DNA of 64,000 nt, taken from NCBI GenBank assembly GCA_951406725.2, contig OX597820.1:94984001-95048000 (forward strand). The letters run 5' to 3'. The notes below the pieces were generated by a model. It was not told the DNA's origin, did not search any database, and was given only the letters and a program-made list of their open reading frames with translations. Made by a program: the position numbers and the translations under genes. Source of the DNA: Octopus vulgaris (Eukaryota). Below, in pieces: positions 1 to 64,000 of the stretch. Position 1 is the first letter of the stretch. Every line of letters begins with the position of its first letter.

Positions 1-300
1 TGGTTTCACAATGGTCCTGGAGGAAATGGTTTATACATTAAGTTCTGGCATGCAACTGGCCGGTAGTTTTTTGCCATGTGAGTGGTTCTGCATTTGGGGA
101 TCAATTTTGTTTCTGATAGAACTAACAAGTGTGGTATGCTACTGTTCCCAGTGAGAGCTTGCTGGTACAGATTGAAAAGATATGATCGGTAGAATGTTAG
201 CTTCTGTACCAATATCCAAAAGTCAAGACTCTTCCAGGTGCTTTGCCATCCTGGAGTTTCTGAATCACAGTTGCAAGAGTTTCACCATCAATGTTGCATG
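1..300 (-). mobile_element. degenerate non-LTR retrotransposon RT fragment
   Basis: 'T.LIPK...KNYRPVACQNLMYK' RT N-terminal motif. Confidence 0.65.
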
Positions 301-409
301 TCTTGGATTTCTATAACATGCATATGTATGTATGTATGCATGTATGTATGTATGTATGTATGTATGTATGTATGTATGTATGAATGTATGTATGTGTGTG
401 TGTGTATCG

Positions 410-648
410 AGTAATCGACCAGATTATTGGATGTTATACATCCTTTTAGCTTTCGGATGAAAGGGTAACACTCTCCCTGTTTAGGATACTAGTCCGTCGC
501 AGAGTTACCCATTTACATTTAAGTGGACTGAAGCACCTTGAAAAAAGTGTTTTGCTCAAGAACACTACGCCCAGCCGGTTTCGAAATCGAAACCATGATC
601 TCACGATCGTGAGGGCAATACACTTATCCACTAGCCGACGCGCCTTCA
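410..648 (-). mobile_element. tRNA-derived SINE
   Basis: Minus strand begins gaaggcgcgtcggctagtggataag...ggtttcgattt (A/B-box-like head); related heads at ~27560-27725, 29630-29955 and 48040-48220. Confidence 0.7.
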
Positions 649-809
649 TGTGTGCGTGCGTGCGTGTGTGTGTGTGTGCGTGTGTGTGTGTGTGTGCGTG
701 CGTGTGTGTGCTAGTGTGTGTGCGTGTGTCTGTGTGTGTGTACATATATGAGATACATATGCATATATGTACATACAGGTATGTGTTTGTGTGTCTGTGT
801 GGATTATAT

Positions 810-885
<76 letters not shown>

Positions 886-1153
886 ACGCTTGTACGAGCA
901 ACTAGAGTATTATATATTTAGCGAGTTCTTGTTGGGTTACCTTTCCAAATTCAAGTTCTCCATCAGATTTAGTAGGCTATGGATGGAAAACCACTTCGGT
1001 ATCTTCTGCCCCTAGGGAAATCCTGAAATTCTCTTAGTGTCAAAAATCGATAGTAATCAGTTAAAAATGCCAATAATATTTTTCCACTTAAAACATTTTA
1101 ATTTTATAGTGAGTTGTAATGAAAATGACTAGAGCTTTGTTAATTTTTTTCAG

Positions 1154-61710
<60,557 letters not shown>

Positions 61711-61736
61711 GTAAGACAACATTAGTTTGATTATTA

Positions 61737-61786
<50 letters not shown>

Positions 61787-62539
61787 GTAGCTGTTTTTGC
61801 TATTGTTGTTGCTACTGTTGCTAAAGCGAACAAACGTCACTCGGAGAGAAATTTTTAACTGGATTGCATTGTGAAAAAAAAATGCGGTTTCCATTAGACT
61901 TCAGATTGAAGGTTTATTCTCAGGTAACGGGATAGAAGAACGATCTCTCTCTTTAGAAATTTCCTTATAGTTTACCTTTTTTTCTTTTTCTTTTTTTTAG
62001 CAAATAACATTTGCAATATTTACAAGAAATTACAAGATGACCACATGAATGTAGCTGGACGAGAGTTTGCTGCAGTTTCGGTTGTAGTAACACACTGAGA
62101 TCTTATTTTCAAAGAAAGAAAGAAAGAAAGATCAAATTTTCAAACGTTTAATCTTAAATACATTTGCGTTGGTCGATGACAAAGCAAAATGATGTTAGAA
62201 ATATTGATTTGAAGAAAGAAATGATACGATCAGCAACATCAACAGTAACTGCATTCAATGCTTCGCAAATGTTATAAGTCAAAAAGAATGACTTAAATTG
62301 AGCCAATTCTAGAAAAATTAGGAGTGGATGATGTATGTCACAAAAAAAATTAGTTCCCCTTACTCGATAAATTTATTTAGGAAAATATGAGGGAAAAAAG
62401 TGTTATTCAAGGAATATAGGAACTTATGTTCCCTCTAAAGGGGTGTTGGGAGAACCCTGGCTAATGTCTGACAAGATGTGTGTTCTATCGACCGAAGCAG
62501 AGTATATTGAAGTGAACATTTGGTTTTTAAAGCTTGGAA

Positions 62540-63358
62540 TAGTGGTTCTCAACCGGAGTCCATATGGCCCTCGGGGATCCATATACGATTTTATTAAAAT
62601 TTACCTGCAATAAATTGGCTAGACTCCTATTGGGTTGTCCGGAAAGTTCGTGCCGATTTTTAAAGGAAAGAAAAAGGTCAATAAATATTTGCCATTACAT
62701 TTTTAATCAGCCAAATATGAACCATTTTGTTGCACAATGCATCTCCATCTTTCCTTTAACTTGAAAAAACCCTCTTCCCAGAATTGGGGTGGTTTCATGG
62801 CAAAAAATTCATCAAGGTATCTTTTTACGTCATCCAAGGAATTGAAATTTTTACCATTAAGACTATTCTGCAGAGACCTGGAAAAGTGGAAATCCGAAGG
62901 AGCAATATCTGGTGAATATGGAGGGTGGGGTAACACATCCCAGCCGAGCTGCAGCAATTTTTGTCTGGTTCCCAAAGCATCAAGCGCCGAAAATGAACTT
63001 TCTTATCTTCCATTTTAAAGGGTTACAGAATTAACACAAGTTATAGGAACATAAATCTTCTTCCACGAAAAGATAGCTTAAACTGTGCTCTAAATGAAGG
63101 TGTAGTCAAATCCTATTTTATGGACTCAACCACGTTCTAAAATAAGTCGAAAGCTAAGCTACTATAAATCGGCACGAACTTTCCGGACAACTCAATACAA
63201 TACATAAAATATCTTAGCAATTTTTTTTATAACACTTCTAAATAATAATTAATCATAAAAATATATGATATTTTGGGACATCGAAGGGCTATGGGGTCCA
63301 TCTAAGTAAAATAGGAATCAAAGGGGGTCAATAAGCAAAAAATGGTTGAGAAACACTG
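62540..63358. mobile_element. hAT (Charlie-like) MITE carrying a nested mariner
   Basis: Ends tagtggttctcaacc / ggttgagaaacactg; imperfect 8-bp TSD gcttggaa / gcctagaa. Confidence 0.7.
62630..63195 (-). mobile_element. internally deleted mariner element
   Basis: TIRs ttgggttgtccggaaagttcgtgccgattt, TA flanks; N-terminal MEDKKVHFR joined to C-terminal 'HPPYSPDIAPSDFH'. Confidence 0.9.
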
Positions 63359-63479
63359 GCCTAGAACAAGGTAGACAGGTAGAGTTGATGCGCCACACCC
63401 CTAACCACAGGGGAGATTCACTTGAAGTAGGTACTTAAGTTGAAGCATCAAGTCAGTGCGGTATTCTCCGTACAACTCA

Positions 63480-64000
63480 AAGTAAGGTGAATAAAATCAA
63501 AATAAGCAACAGGATATCAAAAGGATATAAGCCTCTGTACCGGGCTTTCATTGACATGGAGAAAGACTTTGACAGGGTCCCTCGATACCTTATTTGGTAG
63601 TCAATGTGGAAAATAAGGATAGATGAGTGGTTAGTGAGAGCTGTACAAGCGATGTAAAGGGATGGTGTCAGTAAGGTGAGGGTTAGCAACGAGTACAGGG
63701 AAGAATTCGGGATAGGAATAGGGGTTCACCAAGGATCAGTCCTCAGCCCCCTCTTATTCATCATAGTCCTCCAGACAATAACAGGAATTCAAGACAGGAT
63801 GCCCCTGGGAGCTTCTCTATGATGGTGACCTTGCTCTAATTGCTGAGTTACTATCAGAACTAGAGGAGAATTTTCAGGTGTGAAAGCAAGATCTAGAATC
63901 GAGGGGCCTTAGAGTCACTGTAGCAAAAACCAAATTCTTTAATAAGGAAAGCGGACAAACCACAAATCCACCCCCACTACTGACTTGGTCACCTAGGTAA
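63480..64000 (+). mobile_element. RTE-clade LINE RT fragment
   Basis: 'FIDMEKDFDRVP', 'GVHQGSVLSPLLF', 'LLYDGDLAL'. Confidence 0.85.

Overview
AT-rich, microsatellite-dense, intron-rich eukaryotic DNA. The SINE/LINE/microsatellite landscape suggests an Octopus (coleoid cephalopod) genome; this is an inference. The whole window lies inside one + strand gene, an ABCC5/MRP5-like ABC transporter. I traced 21 internal GT-AG exons (1154-61710) that join in one open frame of about 1090 codons, covering late TMD1, NBD1, the linker, TMD2 and the start of NBD2; both ends of the gene lie outside the window. One exon (48808-49338) encodes an unusually long, repeat-expanded, Thr/Asn-rich loop with 10 N-glycosylation sequons. 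The introns hold Tc1/mariner, hAT-MITE, Helitron, tRNA-SINE, RTE, CR1-like, R4/Dong-like and Penelope-like remnants. The most striking unannotated signal is a set of minimal type-I hammerhead ribozyme motifs, several in inverted or (TA)n-anchored repeats. They include a ~475 bp ORF-less fold-back element (52594-53068) with one hammerhead on each strand, and a Penelope pseudo-LTR pair with an A3-U8 core swap. All four copies on the pre-mRNA strand have core lesions, while three of four antisense copies keep a canonical or compensated core. Most ORFs in the supplied track are microsatellite artefacts. All coordinates and alignments were read by eye.
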